Position numbers and translations under genes: made by a program
Notes under the pieces: model-generated
What the model was told of the DNA's origin: nothing
What the model saw: only the letters and a program-made list of their open reading frames with translations
The model's database searches: none
Assembly (NCBI GenBank): GCA_030704615.1
Contig: CM060733.1
Span: forward strand, 32,054,001 to 32,118,000
DNA from: Takakia lepidozioides
Taxonomy: Eukaryota; Plantae; Bryophyta
Length of the DNA: 64,000 bases
Direction of reading: 5' to 3'
Shown: piece by piece, positions 1 to 11,795 of the stretch
How the letters are laid out: each line of letters opens with the position of its first letter
Position numbering within the stretch: position 1 is the stretch's first letter

Positions 1-1191
1 TTTTTCAGAACATAGTAACATAGGCTGGAACAGATTGACATCATGAACGTGCTGAGAACTTATGTGGGTACCTTCATAGTTCAAGCAACTGCCATACCAA
101 TCAATTCACTGCCCATGCAGTATGTACCTTGAAAGAAACCAACAGTAAACTTCCGAGTCAAAACAATATGCAAGGGTTTTCTTTAAAAACACTGGGATGT
201 CCAAGAGTACACCATGGTACTTTTTAAGTTAAAACAGCAAAACCAGATCTGTTTTGCTTCGAGGAACAGCTCCAAAGACCCTGTTTGGTAAATTTACAGC
301 GCCAATATACCATCTGAGAAACCCATCACTACGAAATGGTTGATCGTAGTGTAAAACGGGGCTGTTTCAAGGCCCAGAGCATTAAACTCAAAGAACTCTG
401 TAGGGTATCATAAACCAATCAACAGAGTAGTTCCATACAGCCAAGGGTTCACATAGATGTTAGGGGTTTGTGAGGAAACCAGCAAATACCCCATGTGGCT
501 CTGAAAATACAGTTGTAGGTCCGAGCAATCTAAGTTAAAACAGCATACATGGGCTCGTTTTACACTTGAATGGAAGTTTAAAGCACATCCTTGTGGAAGC
601 AACATTCGAAGTAGTAAAGTGCCGCAGGGAAGTATGCAACATTATTCCATCTTCTCTGCATTGTCCATATCCTCTGCAAGCTTTACAAATCAAATCAAGT
701 GATGTCCCTCACCTGCGCCCGTCCCAAAAACCATCACAAATGATAATTTGTGTGTTAGTGAGGATGCGCGAGGTGAGTTATAGGACATCACACTTGCTAT
801 CGATGTCAAAGATGATTCCTAAAGCAAGCATTAGATGAAAAGACAAGCAAAAGCAACATTTTCCATAAACCTTTAAAGCTTGTGGAATGAAAGTACTCTG
901 TGACATGGCATCCAAGATCTGGCATTCAATCAAAGCAAACACAAAGGGTTTGCTGAAGGGTAGAGAGGAGTTTATCAACACCATTAAGCTTCCATAGATC
1001 CTATAGGGCGCCGCTGCAGCATAAACGAACAATGACCAATTCTCCATAAAGCACGGCAGCAGCTTGTCTGCCAGTTCGTGAATTGAAGATACCAGCATAG
1101 GAGCAGCAAATTCGGTTATAACCGCACCTCCCAATGAAATTGACAACGCGGAATCAAGCCGCTAAGTCGTCAAGCCGCCATCACGCAGCTC

Positions 1192-2482
1192 CAGGGAAAA
1201 ACCAAAGCCCAAGTGTCGGGTTGTTAGGTTTAGAGAGGTGATCAAACACGCACCCTGCGATTTCATCTGGTCTGGATGAGAAATCGCAGTAGCTGATAGG
1301 TCATTTTCGTGGGATTTTATCCACTAGAGATGAAATCAGTAGGTTTCCAGGATGTCATCCATTCTTGGTGACATCCGACAGGGATGAAAAACCAACCATT
1401 CATTAGGTTTAAACCATAAGCTCATATTCATGATAGATGAAATTTCGAACCCTCAAGACCATAATTCACACCCTAAATGAATTAAATGGTGAGAATAACA
1501 AATCCTTGGAAAATAAAAATCAGATCATCCGTTAGGTTTTCATCCGGTATGGATGAAAAACCAGAAAACATGGTTGAAAGAACATACACCAGTACCATAG
1601 AGGCCATGGTAGTGGCAAAGATTCCAAGAGATTTATTGGAGGGAGAGAGAGAGGGAGAGAGAGGGACAAAGAGAGGGAGTGAGAGGGAGAGATCAGGAAA
1701 CAAAAAGAAAAAGAGGAATGTGGGGGGGGGGGGGAGTGACTGAGTAGCAGCTGCTCAGTCACACCCCCCCCCCCCCCCCCCACCTTCTTGTTTTTTCTTT
1801 GTTTCCCCCTCCCTCCCTCTGTCTCCCTCCTCGGAATTGGCCGGTTCCATCAGCGTTCTTTTCATATTTTTCTATCTATACTGGATGGATTCTAAACAGT
1901 GTTTTCACCCGCCCTATAAAGTTTTTCTATCCATACCGGATGAATTACCTGGGTGGACACTAAAATACCTCTAAAATACGTCTATGATTTTTCATTCCTC
2001 TTTTACTGTCTTTCATCTATACCAGATGAGTCACCAGAGAATGAGGAATTACCTATATAGGGGTTGACACTGGCATCCTATCTATAATTTTTCCATCCAT
2101 ACCGGATGAAAAATACCAGGATATTAATTCATGTTATTCCTCCTTTATGCCTTTTTCCGTACTGGATGAGGCTGAATTACCTGCTAGGATGAGAAACCGC
2201 TGCCTTGGATGATATGTACTGTTTTTTCATCCTACTGATGGACCTTCTCCAACTAGATGAACTTATTACCTTTTTGATCTGAGCCGGATGAAAAATGCAG
2301 CTTATGATGGCCTTGGAGAATTGTTTAATTACCCTTAATTAAGGCTAATTAAGGAGTGAAACCCTAAACCCTACCCTATAACCTACTGTTTAAACCTAGC
2401 TAACGGATGACATCCGTCGGGTTTCGAAATAAATGGTATGGATTATTCATCCTGCACGGATGAAAAATCGGGCTTTGCCCTA
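1192..2482. mobile_element. Putative non-autonomous DNA transposon (hAT-like CAGGG.../...CCCTA ends) with many GGATGAAA/TTTCATCC repeats
   Basis: Many GGATGA(AA) motifs in both orientations; imperfect end match CAGGG..CAAAGCCC vs revcomp TAGGGCAAAGCCC; no TSD found. Confidence 0.4.
1721..1785. repeat. G-run/C-run hairpin, copy 1
   Basis: Gn-AGTGACTGAGTAGC-A-GCTGCTCAGTCACA-Cn inverted repeat; related copy at 5361-5438. Confidence 0.7.
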
Positions 2483-3644
2483 GGGTGTCTCTCCCGCCGT
2501 CAGCTGCACTCCTCGTGCTTCTGAGCTCGCAGGCTAAGAGTTATGGCGTCTGAGCTCTGCTGCTTCCCTATCTGCTGCTGCATGCCCATGCTGGACGAGC
2601 TCCTGGGGATGCGCAATGGCGGCGTCTTGTCTCTTCTCACAGGCGGGAGACCCCCGCTGTAATTGCATTGTCTCTTTCCCTCCTCTGGCTTTTATGTTTA
2701 GCAGCGGCGCTTGTGTGGGGAAGTATATATCTCTCTCTCCCTTCTCAAACCTAGCAAAGATGCTTGTATGCTTCACTTCTCCTTAGCTGTGCTGGAGGTG
2801 GCTTGCCGGTGGCGATGGCGCAGAGTTACCTTCTCCAATCGCTCAAGGTGCTTTTGGTGATTAGGGTTCCTTTTACTTCATGTCTTTCTCTCTTGCTTTT
2901 GAGGTTCTTAGTTGACATCGATGAAAAGTGTAGGGGTCTGTGATTTACCTGGGGTTCCACAATCCTCACTAACCTATTGGTTTTTGTGGGGGCTTCTGAT
3001 GGGACCAGGTGAGGATCCCTACTTGCTTTGAATTCTCTTGAGCTTGCAGATAAGGATGTGAGCAAAAGGAACATACCATGTGTGGCGTCATGACTTGGCT
3101 GCTGCCTGCAGCCCCGATTTCGGCCCGCTTGCTCCCGGTTTGACATGTTGATGCTTACTTTTGACTTATGTTTTGCTGCCATTGATGGAGTATTTCGGCC
3201 TGGCAGGCCTGTCTCTTGAAGCACAACATCTGAATCTTACCCTGTCTTGAATCTTTGACAGCATTGCCTGTGGATTCTTAGACTAGGTACAATTTTGGCC
3301 TTAAAAGAGGAGTGATGTTTTAAGGGTGAAGGCATCAATGGCTGTTAGATTCTAAGGAAGATGAGGCCTGGTTTTTTTAAGATGGCAGCCTGATAAGGCA
3401 ATGACAGGCCTCTTTCACGCCTGAATTTGATGTGGAATGGAGTATAGTGAGGTTCTATTTGCCAAACGTGGCATTAGCCTCCTGGGAAACAGTGGTGGTA
3501 AGCTCTAATGGACCTTGGCCAATGATTAGTTGCCTCATTTTGCCATCAGAACAACTACCTGCATTGTATGATTTATTTTGGCCAAGTGGGCTTGGTCTCG
3601 GGCACTCAAAATGTATGTGTGTCTATATCTTGATGTTGTAACAT

Positions 3645-4280
3645 GACAGGCCTTTCTTCCATGCCAAAATGCCTTATATGATGCATATCTTGGGGCAACT
3701 GTACATGGTGTAGAATGAAGTTGTAGTCTGTCTTGTCATGCCCAAAGTGGGTCACTTGGTTGCATGTTTGGAGTCTGATTAACTGCATGCTGGTCCAGCA
3801 AGATTCCTGTGTACACAGGTCTTGAATCTGTACAATGGCAGGCTGCTCTTACCTACCCAGAAGGCCTTGCACGATGCACGTCTTGGGATACTTACAATTG
3901 GCCAAATGTGTAGCTGCAATATGTTTTGTCATGCCCAAGGAGTTTACTTGGTTGCATGCTTGAAATCTGATTAATTGCAGGTTGGTCCTTCAAGGTACTT
4001 GCATGACCATATCCTGAATCTGTAGTAGAACAGGTTGTTCTTACCTACCCAAGAAGCCTTGCATGATGCATGTCTTGGGGTACCTACAAATGGCAAAGAG
4101 TGAAGCCGCAATATGTGTTGTCATGCCCAAGAAGATTACGTGGTTGCATGTTTGAAATCTGGTAAATTGCAAGCTGGTCCTTCAAGGTGCTTGTATGAAC
4201 ATACCTTGAATCTGTAGCAGGACAGGCTGTTCTTACCTACCCAAGGAGCCTTGCATGGTGCATGTCTTGGGTTACTTACA
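3645..4280. repeat. Degenerate tandem repeat, 192-bp unit, about 3.3 copies
   Basis: ACCTACCC anchor at 3851, 4043 and 4235 with conserved flanking blocks. Confidence 0.8.
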
Positions 4281-4575
4281 GGAATTTGAACATGCTGTAG
4301 CAATCTGATTTTTCAGCACACAAAGATGCTTGCTTATATGCTTGTCTTGTTGTCATGACTTGCACATAAACAAACCCCGCCCTCCCACCCTGTTTTATCA
4401 TGAATGATTGGGTGAAATCAATTGGGAAGTCATGACAAGAATGGAAGTGTTAGATGGTGCCCTGTTTATGGGCTGTTTATGTCTTTAATTGACAATGACC
4501 CTACTGGGTCTTGTCCATGTCTTGACATGACATGAGTATCTTCCCTATCCCTCTCTCTTTTTAACTTTTTCTGCA

Positions 4576-5246
4576 GAGGGATCAACTCTGAGGTTAAGAA
4601 AACCATGCTTTGTCGCATTATTAGACCTACCTTGGAGTACGGATCTGCAATATGGGTTGATAAATCTGACTTAGAGGCTGTAGTGTCCCAAGCCATGTCT
4701 GTTGCCATGAGATTGTCTGATAAAAATGAAGTTAGGCAAAAAACTTCCCTGAACTTGGGGGAAGGCTACCCACTCTCAGCACTAGACTGAAATTTAAACT
4801 CAGGGCAGGAAGCCTACCTTTGAACAGCAAACAGAAGCAGAGAGGAAAGGGAGAATTGCCCGTTGCGTGGGCAATCTGAAGACAGTACTAATTTTCTGAT
4901 ACACTGTCCGGGGTTCTCTCACCAAAGAGACGCTCTCTTCAAATCTATCAAGGGAATTGTGCCTGTACCTCTGTTTACCAACTTTGAAAGTCTCAAGGCT
5001 GAGCCAAAAGCCCAGGCCCTCCTGAGGCCTAGTTATTGGGCAAATCACACACAACAGATTGATGCTTGTGTGAAGGGATTTCTAGAGGATATCTGGAAAA
5101 CCCAGATTAATTCTATATATGAAGGTAAGTCTTACTACCAACATCAGCCCCTGACAGAGGGAGGTTCTGTCCCTTTTGTTTCCGCTCAAACTGGGCGCGG
5201 GGTCAATGGCCACAAGGCTACGACAAACAACATCTTATGAGTACAA
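4576..5246 (+). mobile_element. 5'-truncated non-LTR retrotransposon fragment (RTEX/RTE-like ORF C-terminus)
   Basis: IRPTLEYGSAIW post-RT motif and CP..EDSTNFLIHCP Zn motif; exact 20-bp TSD TCTTTTTAACTTTTTCTGCA at 4556-4575 and 5247-5266. Confidence 0.8.
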
Positions 5247-5360
5247 TCTTTTTAACTTTTTCTGCACCCTCTCTCCCTTGTGGTTTGTTTATTTTTGTGA
5301 GCAGCAAAAAAGAGAGGGACAGAGAGAGGGAGAGATCATGAAACCAAAAATAAATAAAAT

Positions 5361-5438
5361 GGGGGGGGGGGGGGAGTGAATGAGCCCGTGGTGCTCAGCA
5401 GCTGGTGGTGGTGCTCAGTCACTCCCCCCCCCCCCCAC
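5361..5438. repeat. G-run/C-run hairpin, copy 2
   Basis: Gn-AGTGAATGAGC...GCTCAGTCACT-Cn, preceded by the same GAGAGATCA.GAAA context as copy 1. Confidence 0.7.
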
Positions 5439-5571
5439 CTTTTTCTTTTCTCTTTGTTGCCCCCTCTCTAGACCCCAAGCACTTGCTGCTCTCAGCCCCC
5501 AACATGCTTGGTTTTTTTTGTTTTTGATCTGGAATGTAGAGGTTGTCTCCTAATGAGGCCAACTTGCGGGT

Positions 5572-7786
5572 TTGCATGACAGGTGCCAGCCTGTGGGGAA
5601 AGAAAAGAAGTCCCCTGCCCCAAAGAAAGGGGCGGACAATCCGTTTGCTCTGCCGGCACGTGTGACGTGCCAGGGCGTCTCACGGTTAACCAACCCCATC
5701 GATAGCCGCAGCCGGAGGGCTCGTCTGCCCCCCGAGGCCAGTACCCCCCCTCTTGTCCACATCTTGGATACGCCAGGGGCCGGCTCAGCCAGCTCTCCTA
5801 TTCGGGAGGTTGTTGCTGAGCCGGATGCTCAGTTGAGCACACCCTCGGCTACCAAGAGGGGTGAAATGTACCTTGGCAAGCATATCACCCGTTCGGGGGC
5901 CCGGTATGGGCAACTTTTGGATGTCACCCCCATAGCGACCCCTTCCTCCGCAGCAAAGGCTGCACTTGCCCAGGCCCAACGTCAGGTTCAAGGGCCTTTG
6001 ACAGCCTCCGTTGCTAGCCCATTGTTGTCGATGAGGGAGGAGGAGACGAGGAGGGCCAATGAAGTGGCCGAGATAGCGAAGCGCCTCGAAGAAGTCAAGC
6101 TAGGTGAGGGCTTCTACCCTGATACGCATTTGGGGAGGGGGGGGGGAGGAGGAGGTATGGGCCGGTTTGGAGTGGCCTAGCCGATCAGCGACGTCGCCCC
6201 TTGAGCCTGAGTAGTCAGCAAAGAAGGGCCTGGACTACGGGGCGCCGCCGCCGGCTATGCTCCACATCTGGAATCTACTTCTAGTGGCGCTCCGGGAGGG
6301 GATAGAGCGGGCACATCCAGCAACGGGGACTCCTGCCACATCGGGTGACACCGGGGGCGAGTCGGACAAGCTTGCAAAGGTACAAGTGTCGCACTTTGTT
6401 CCATGTTTTATCCTTTCCTTTGCATGCATGATTTTCTTTGTTGTTTGTTTCTTTTTTTGAATTTGGAGGGGTTATTTGTCTTGAGGAGGCAACAACATAG
6501 CTGGCCTCATTGGTGCAGTCCAGTGGGGTTGCCAATGAGGGAGAGCATGTGGTGTTCATGAAGGACCCGAACACCAAAGGTAAGAAGAAGAGGCCTCGAC
6601 CTCCCGAGATCCCCTTTTACCATCAATGAAGGGGTTGCCGAGGAGAGAGAGAGAACGGAGAGGGAGAAGGAGAGAGAGAGGAAGTAGCGGGGATGGGGAA
6701 TGAGATGGTCGTGGAGAAGGGGAAGGAAAAGAAGAAGAAGAAGAAGAAGTCCCATGGAGAGGAAGGGGTGAGTGTGCATGCGGGGGAGGGCAGTGGGGTA
6801 ACAAAGGAGCAGGGAATGAGGCTACAAAGAAGGAAGAGGGTGGGAAGAAGAACATGCCCTTGGCGATACAGGACGTGGAGTTGGCAAAGATCGTGGTGCC
6901 ACCGGTGGAGGTGAATCGCCATGGTGACCCTTGCGGTGCGTTTTGGGAGGCTATGAAGAAGCCAGCCTTCGAACTCGCATTGAGGTGGTTCCCTTTGCAC
7001 ATCGAGTGGGCTGATCAGCACTTTGGCGCGAAGCGGGCGTATGCCCGTGAGTTAGACCGCCGGTTTCCGGGCAATTGGAGTGACACAAGGGTGATGGAGA
7101 TGGTGGGGCGAAACTTGAAGGACAGGAGGTACCGTGCCAGATAGATCATTCGGAGGGCAATGGAAAAGGGGGCCATACCCAAACCACCTTATGGAATTAC
7201 ACAGGTTGGCAAATCCTGAATCATGTCACCTTCCATTTGTCGCATGTGCATTAATGAGGTAGATTCGATGCAACATATGTGTGTAATTCACTAATTGTTG
7301 GGGGGGGGGCATAGGTATCGTGGGATGCACTCATTGCGGGAGAGACTGATGCCGCAAACAAGGCCAAATTTGACCGGGCACGCGAAGCAACAATAGTCCG
7401 CCTTGACAAGCACGAATCCACACACAAGTGGGGCGCCGGCGGATCCAAGGGTTTTATCTTGCGATTTGTAAATCGTACTTCCCTATGGATTTTGTTATAT
7501 CTTCTTTCTGGCTTCATCATCGCGAAGAACTGACTTTAATTTGTGGCATGTGTAGCAACGCGCGTTTGAGAGGAAGCCATCTCCGGTAGAGTACAACTAC
7601 GCCAAGGAGCATGGTTGGCAATCCCTCATGAAGAACATGGCCAACACAGAGGGGATGAGTGCACTACAAGGCACTAGTATGGATGAGGTCGGGGGTAATG
7701 GCCAGGGATTGGATGAGAGCTCTGTGGGACTTAGGGGAACGCCGCCTCATTTAGGTGCTCTTGCAAAGGGCGTGGAGTCATCAGGC
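5572..7786 (+). pseudogene. Degraded CACTA TnpA/Ptta-like (Transposase_24-like) gene; 3' end continues at 26386-26436 after the retroelement
   Basis: Segments ELALRWFP..RRFPGNWSD..NLKDRRYR, SWDALIAGETDAANKAKFDRAREA..THKWGAGGSKGF; removing 7787-26385 restores GVESSG|SSDSSESFTEDEDEYD*; CACTA terminus at 27129. Confidence 0.55.
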
Positions 7787-7873
7787 TGTCGTGCGCATAC
7801 ATATCGCTACACAACTACATCGCTGTCCAAACCACACCACACATATATGCACAATAAAGTAGTCTGCCACAAT
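7787..7873 (-). repeat. Repeat A, terminal copy (87 bp)
   Basis: Matches 8228-8314 with one mismatch. Confidence 0.95.
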
Positions 7874-7876
7874 AAG

Positions 7877-8225
7877 TGATAGAAAAGCTAAGCACACACT
7901 GTTGACATAAAACATGACAACCAAAACCATCACTCTTTAGAATAGAAGTCGAGCCAGGGGCACCCCAAGCTATGGGGACTCCACCCCACAACAACCTACA
8001 CTCCCATCATAAGCACACTCAGTCCTAAACGATGCAGGAGCTCAGTCGCGCAGGCTCAACTCGAGAGAGATGAGCTGCGCGACTGCCGCTCTCGTGAAGA
8101 TAAGACGGTTCAGGTGTCAAACTAAACTTGACACCTGATTTAACACTTGACCTAAATCCAAGTGTTAAATACAAATAACTAGCTTTATTCTAGTTGTTTT
8201 CACACTGTGCTTATTTAACTTGACA
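7877..8225 (-). repeat. Repeat B, 3' copy (LTR-like, TG...CA)
   Basis: Matches 26154-26381 apart from extra 97-bp and 24-bp segments and a few substitutions. Confidence 0.95.
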
Positions 8226-8227
8226 GC

Positions 8228-8314
8228 TGTCGTGTGCATACATATCGCTACACAACTACATCGCTGTCCAAACCACACCACACATATATGCACAATAAAG
8301 TAGTCTGCCACAAT
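8228..8314 (-). repeat. Repeat A, internal copy, directly after the putative PPT
   Basis: Direct repeat of 7787-7873; sense-strand AGGGGGGCG at 8315-8323 precedes it. Confidence 0.95.
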
Positions 8315-8572
8315 CGCCCCCCTAGCTGGTGGATAGGTCCCTCTACCTCCAGATAGCTACAAGATGTAATAGCCACAGCCGTACTAAGTCCTCTATCACT
8401 GTCCCTATTGCACTCAAACCCTATAGACCAAGAGGCCGGGTACAAGAGTAACCCCATCGTTAGTCGCCGTCTTGCAATCTGTGAACTTGAGCCAGGACCT
8501 CGTGTGTTCAAGGTCTCCTAGTAGCTGGGCCTTGCGTTTCTTGTTAGCCTTCCATGGTTGTATCCACTCCCA

Positions 8573-10684
8573 CTATCCAATGCAATGTGGACATAACTAA
8601 TCCCCATCCGGAACCATCTCAAGAGGTGGAGTCAAGCATCCTATATGCCAACCTCTAGAGCATCGATCACACACCAGCATGGTGGCTGCCCCTCTAGCAG
8701 ACCCACACAACATGCACCTCAAGCCTGCAGATACCACTGCCAAGTTTGGGTCTATCCTGCCATCGACATTCGGAAGGTGACATGGCGCACAATTACGCAC
8801 ATGGTCCTTCCAAGTTATGCCATCCCGACCCTCCAAGACCAAGATGCCTGAGGGCAAGACCTCTCGAACCCTCAAAATAACACGTCCTGTAGTCACATCC
8901 AGGGTCGTAGGAGCAGTCTGCTGCAGATAGACATAGTCACCAGGGTTGAATCTCCGAACCCCAGGACGATAGCCCCCACCACGTATGGTAGCATACCTCA
9001 ACGTATCACGGTGTTGTGCAATGGCAAGGTTCTCGAAAGCCATGGGCATGACTCTCTTGAACAACTCTGCACGCTGCTCACATGCACGTGCCCACACGTC
9101 CGGATCGTCAAGGTTAAGAACTGTAGCAGCTTCTATGCGAATGGATGTAGGCAAATCCGGCTCTCGGCCAAAGAGAAGAAAGTATGGTGAGAAGGAGGCA
9201 AGTGATGCTTGCTTGCTGAACCTGTAGCCCATGGCTAACCAGGGTAACTGAAGGTCCCAATCTCCTAGGTGTCCCTTCTGCAAGCCATACTTGCGCAAAC
9301 CCCTCTTTACTGTCTGAACAACTCTCTCTGCCAAGCCATCAGCCTCAGGATGATCCCGAGAAGTGGTGCGGTGGTCTATCAAGGCCTTGTCACACAAAGC
9401 CTGAAACTCCCCCAAGAACTCTCTCCCTTGGTCCATGAGTACCTCAGCTGGAGCACCGAATCGGCTAAGCACACAATCCAAGAATGCATATGCAGCTCCC
9501 TCACTAGCCTTATCAGGCAATGGAACCAATTCAATCCACTTGGAGAAGTGCTCCACCATCACCAACACGTACTTGTTGTGGCGCATGGTTAGTGGCAACG
9601 GCCCTGCAAAGTCAAGACTCCACCTGTAGCCCAATCCCATGATCGGAAGAGGGTGCAATTGTGGAGTAGGGGCATTGAATGAAGCACGCACCCTGTCACA
9701 CACCATGTACCTAGCCACAAATTGTTGCACCTCTGTGTGCATACCACGCCACCAATACTGCCCCTGCAGTAGACTATGAGTGCGTCGCACCCCAAAATGC
9801 CCCAACTTCTCATGGGCATGCCGCACTAACCGTGCCCGCTGTGTTGGGTGAGGCACAATCCTCACTCGACCATCCTCCCACACTCGGAGCAGGTGTGTCC
9901 CCTCCCACTTGAACCTCTTGGCTCGTTGTAGGATCCGATCCCTCTCCTTGGCAGTCAAAGTGGCTGGAGTGTCTCCAGTGCAGAGGTAGTCCAACACAAC
10001 TGAATCCTCATGTATATCTTTGGCGCCACCTTGTTCATTGCTGGCCTCAGGGTCCTCAGACACTTGATCTGCAGTCATCCTTGTTGCAGGTCCAACCTGG
10101 CCTTCCGCTGCCAAGATACACAGAAATGCAGATGCATGCCATCCGGGCACCATCTCCTCGTCCGTCTCACCATGCCACCGAGCTCCAGTGTCATCTTGAT
10201 GGCTCGTGCATGGATTGCGACTCAACCCATCTGCATTGCGATTGACCAAACCCGGTCGATGCACCACCTGAAAGTCATACTCTTGAAGGATGAGTGCCCA
10301 CCGTGCAAGCTTCCCCGTAAGCTTGTCTGACTCCATCAACCATTTGAGTGGTTGGTGATCCGTGACAAGGGTGAAGAGATTGCCGTATAGATAGCACCTG
10401 AAGTGTGCCACGGCCCACACTGCAGCTAAGCATTCTCCCTCATATGAGCTATACTTAGACTCTGCAGCGTTGTTCGAGCGGCTAGCATAAGCCACTACGA
10501 ACTCTCTTCCCTCATCATCCACCTGTGTGAGCACCGCTCCAAGCCCCAGCATGCTCCAATCTGTATGCAGCTGAAAAGGACGCCCCCTAATAGGTCGTCT
10601 CAAGATGGGCGCCGAGGTCAACCTTGCCTTGAGCTCTTGAAAAGCTTGTTCTTGCTCATCTTCCCACTGCCACTCCTGGTCCAC
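8573..10684 (-). pseudogene. Pol C-terminal part: RNase H, DDE integrase and PHD finger
   Basis: LHTDWS..GLGAVLTQ, TDHQPL, HEKLGHFG, WSLDFAGP, DQGREF, ADGLAERVVQ; PHD CMLC..LVCDRCSRGWHIGCLTPPL..PDGD*LCPHC with W replaced by stop. Confidence 0.92.
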
Positions 10685-10698
10685 CTTGGTCAGCTTGG

Positions 10699-11513
10699 TT
10701 AGAGCCTTTGCAATGGCACTAAATCCCTTAACCGTCTGTAATAGTTTGCTAACCCCATGAAAGCTTGAACTCGGCTCACATCCGTGGGGCGTGGAACCTG
10801 TGCAATGGACTCTACCTTAATCAGCTGTACCCCCAATCCTCCAGGATATATCATGTGACCCAGATACTCAATCTGGTTGTGGAAAAACTTGCACTTGCCC
10901 GGATGTAACTTCAATCCGTGCGTCCTCAAGCGCTCAAATACCCCCTGAAGATGTCTCTCATGCTCCTCCACCGTAGCACTAAAGATTATGATGTCATCTA
11001 TATAGCACCGAGCAAACTCCACCCCTGCTAGAATCCTGTCCATGACTCTTTGAAACTCAGCGGGAGCATTTTTAAGCCCAAATGGTAAGAACCGCCACTG
11101 GTATAGGCAATCCTTCTCGTGCTCATTGATCCCCCAGAATGCCGTCTTTTGTTTATCCGCCTCTTTGATCGGCAACTGGTGATATCCGGATCGTAAATCC
11201 AAAGTGCTAAAGACCTTAGCATGCCCAATGGCATCAAAGATCTCCTCTGGTGTGGGCATGGCACATCCTTCTTGGTTGGCATCACTGTGGCTGAAGCATA
11301 CTCTCCACCAGAGAGCTCCACCAAACCTGCCTCCCAGAGATCTTGAGTCCTCATCTGAATCAAAGACCTCTCCATGTCACTGTATCTATAGGGTCTCCGA
11401 AAGATTGGCGTGTCAGTGGCCAACTCAATACGGATCTCTTGACCCTTCAATGCTCCCAAGTCCTTCAAACTGAAGGCAAAGCAATTCCTGTAAGCCTTCA
11501 GGAACCGCCGCAT
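10699..11513 (-). pseudogene. Reverse transcriptase of the outer element (internal deletion and frameshifts)
   Basis: [28 protein letters not shown]; the RMCxDYR segment is missing near 11265. Confidence 0.92.
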
Positions 11514-11795
11514 ACGTCGTCTCTCTCCTCCGGTGACAATGGGTCCAATGTCAGGCTCCCAATTATCCTCCGTAACTGCAACCTTAAGTCCAGTGGGCTT
11601 AGAGGTAGAGGACGCGTCCCGTGGTTGCTATGCTGCAATTTCTTGAGCAGTACTCCCTTCCTGCTCAGTCAATGACAAGGCCTCATCCTGCCCCATCATC
11701 TCATCATTGAGAACCTCCTCAACCCGAGAAGAATCCCCAACCTCATCCATCACAGCTGCCTTGGCTGCCAACTCCCTCTGAACCTCGAGCACCTC

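Noticed and set aside
327-351. CACTACG...CGTAGTG as the left CACTA terminus
   Set aside because: Short local hairpin; does not match the CACTACAGGAAAAGG TIR and lacks subterminal repeats
778-1146. Possible exon of a host gene
   Set aside because: No confidently recognisable motif or consistent exon chain
7785-7786. Alternative boundary including GC with a 2-bp TSD (AG)
   Set aside because: Formally possible, but TG...CA ends with a 4-bp TSD fit integrase chemistry better; other copies are needed to exclude it
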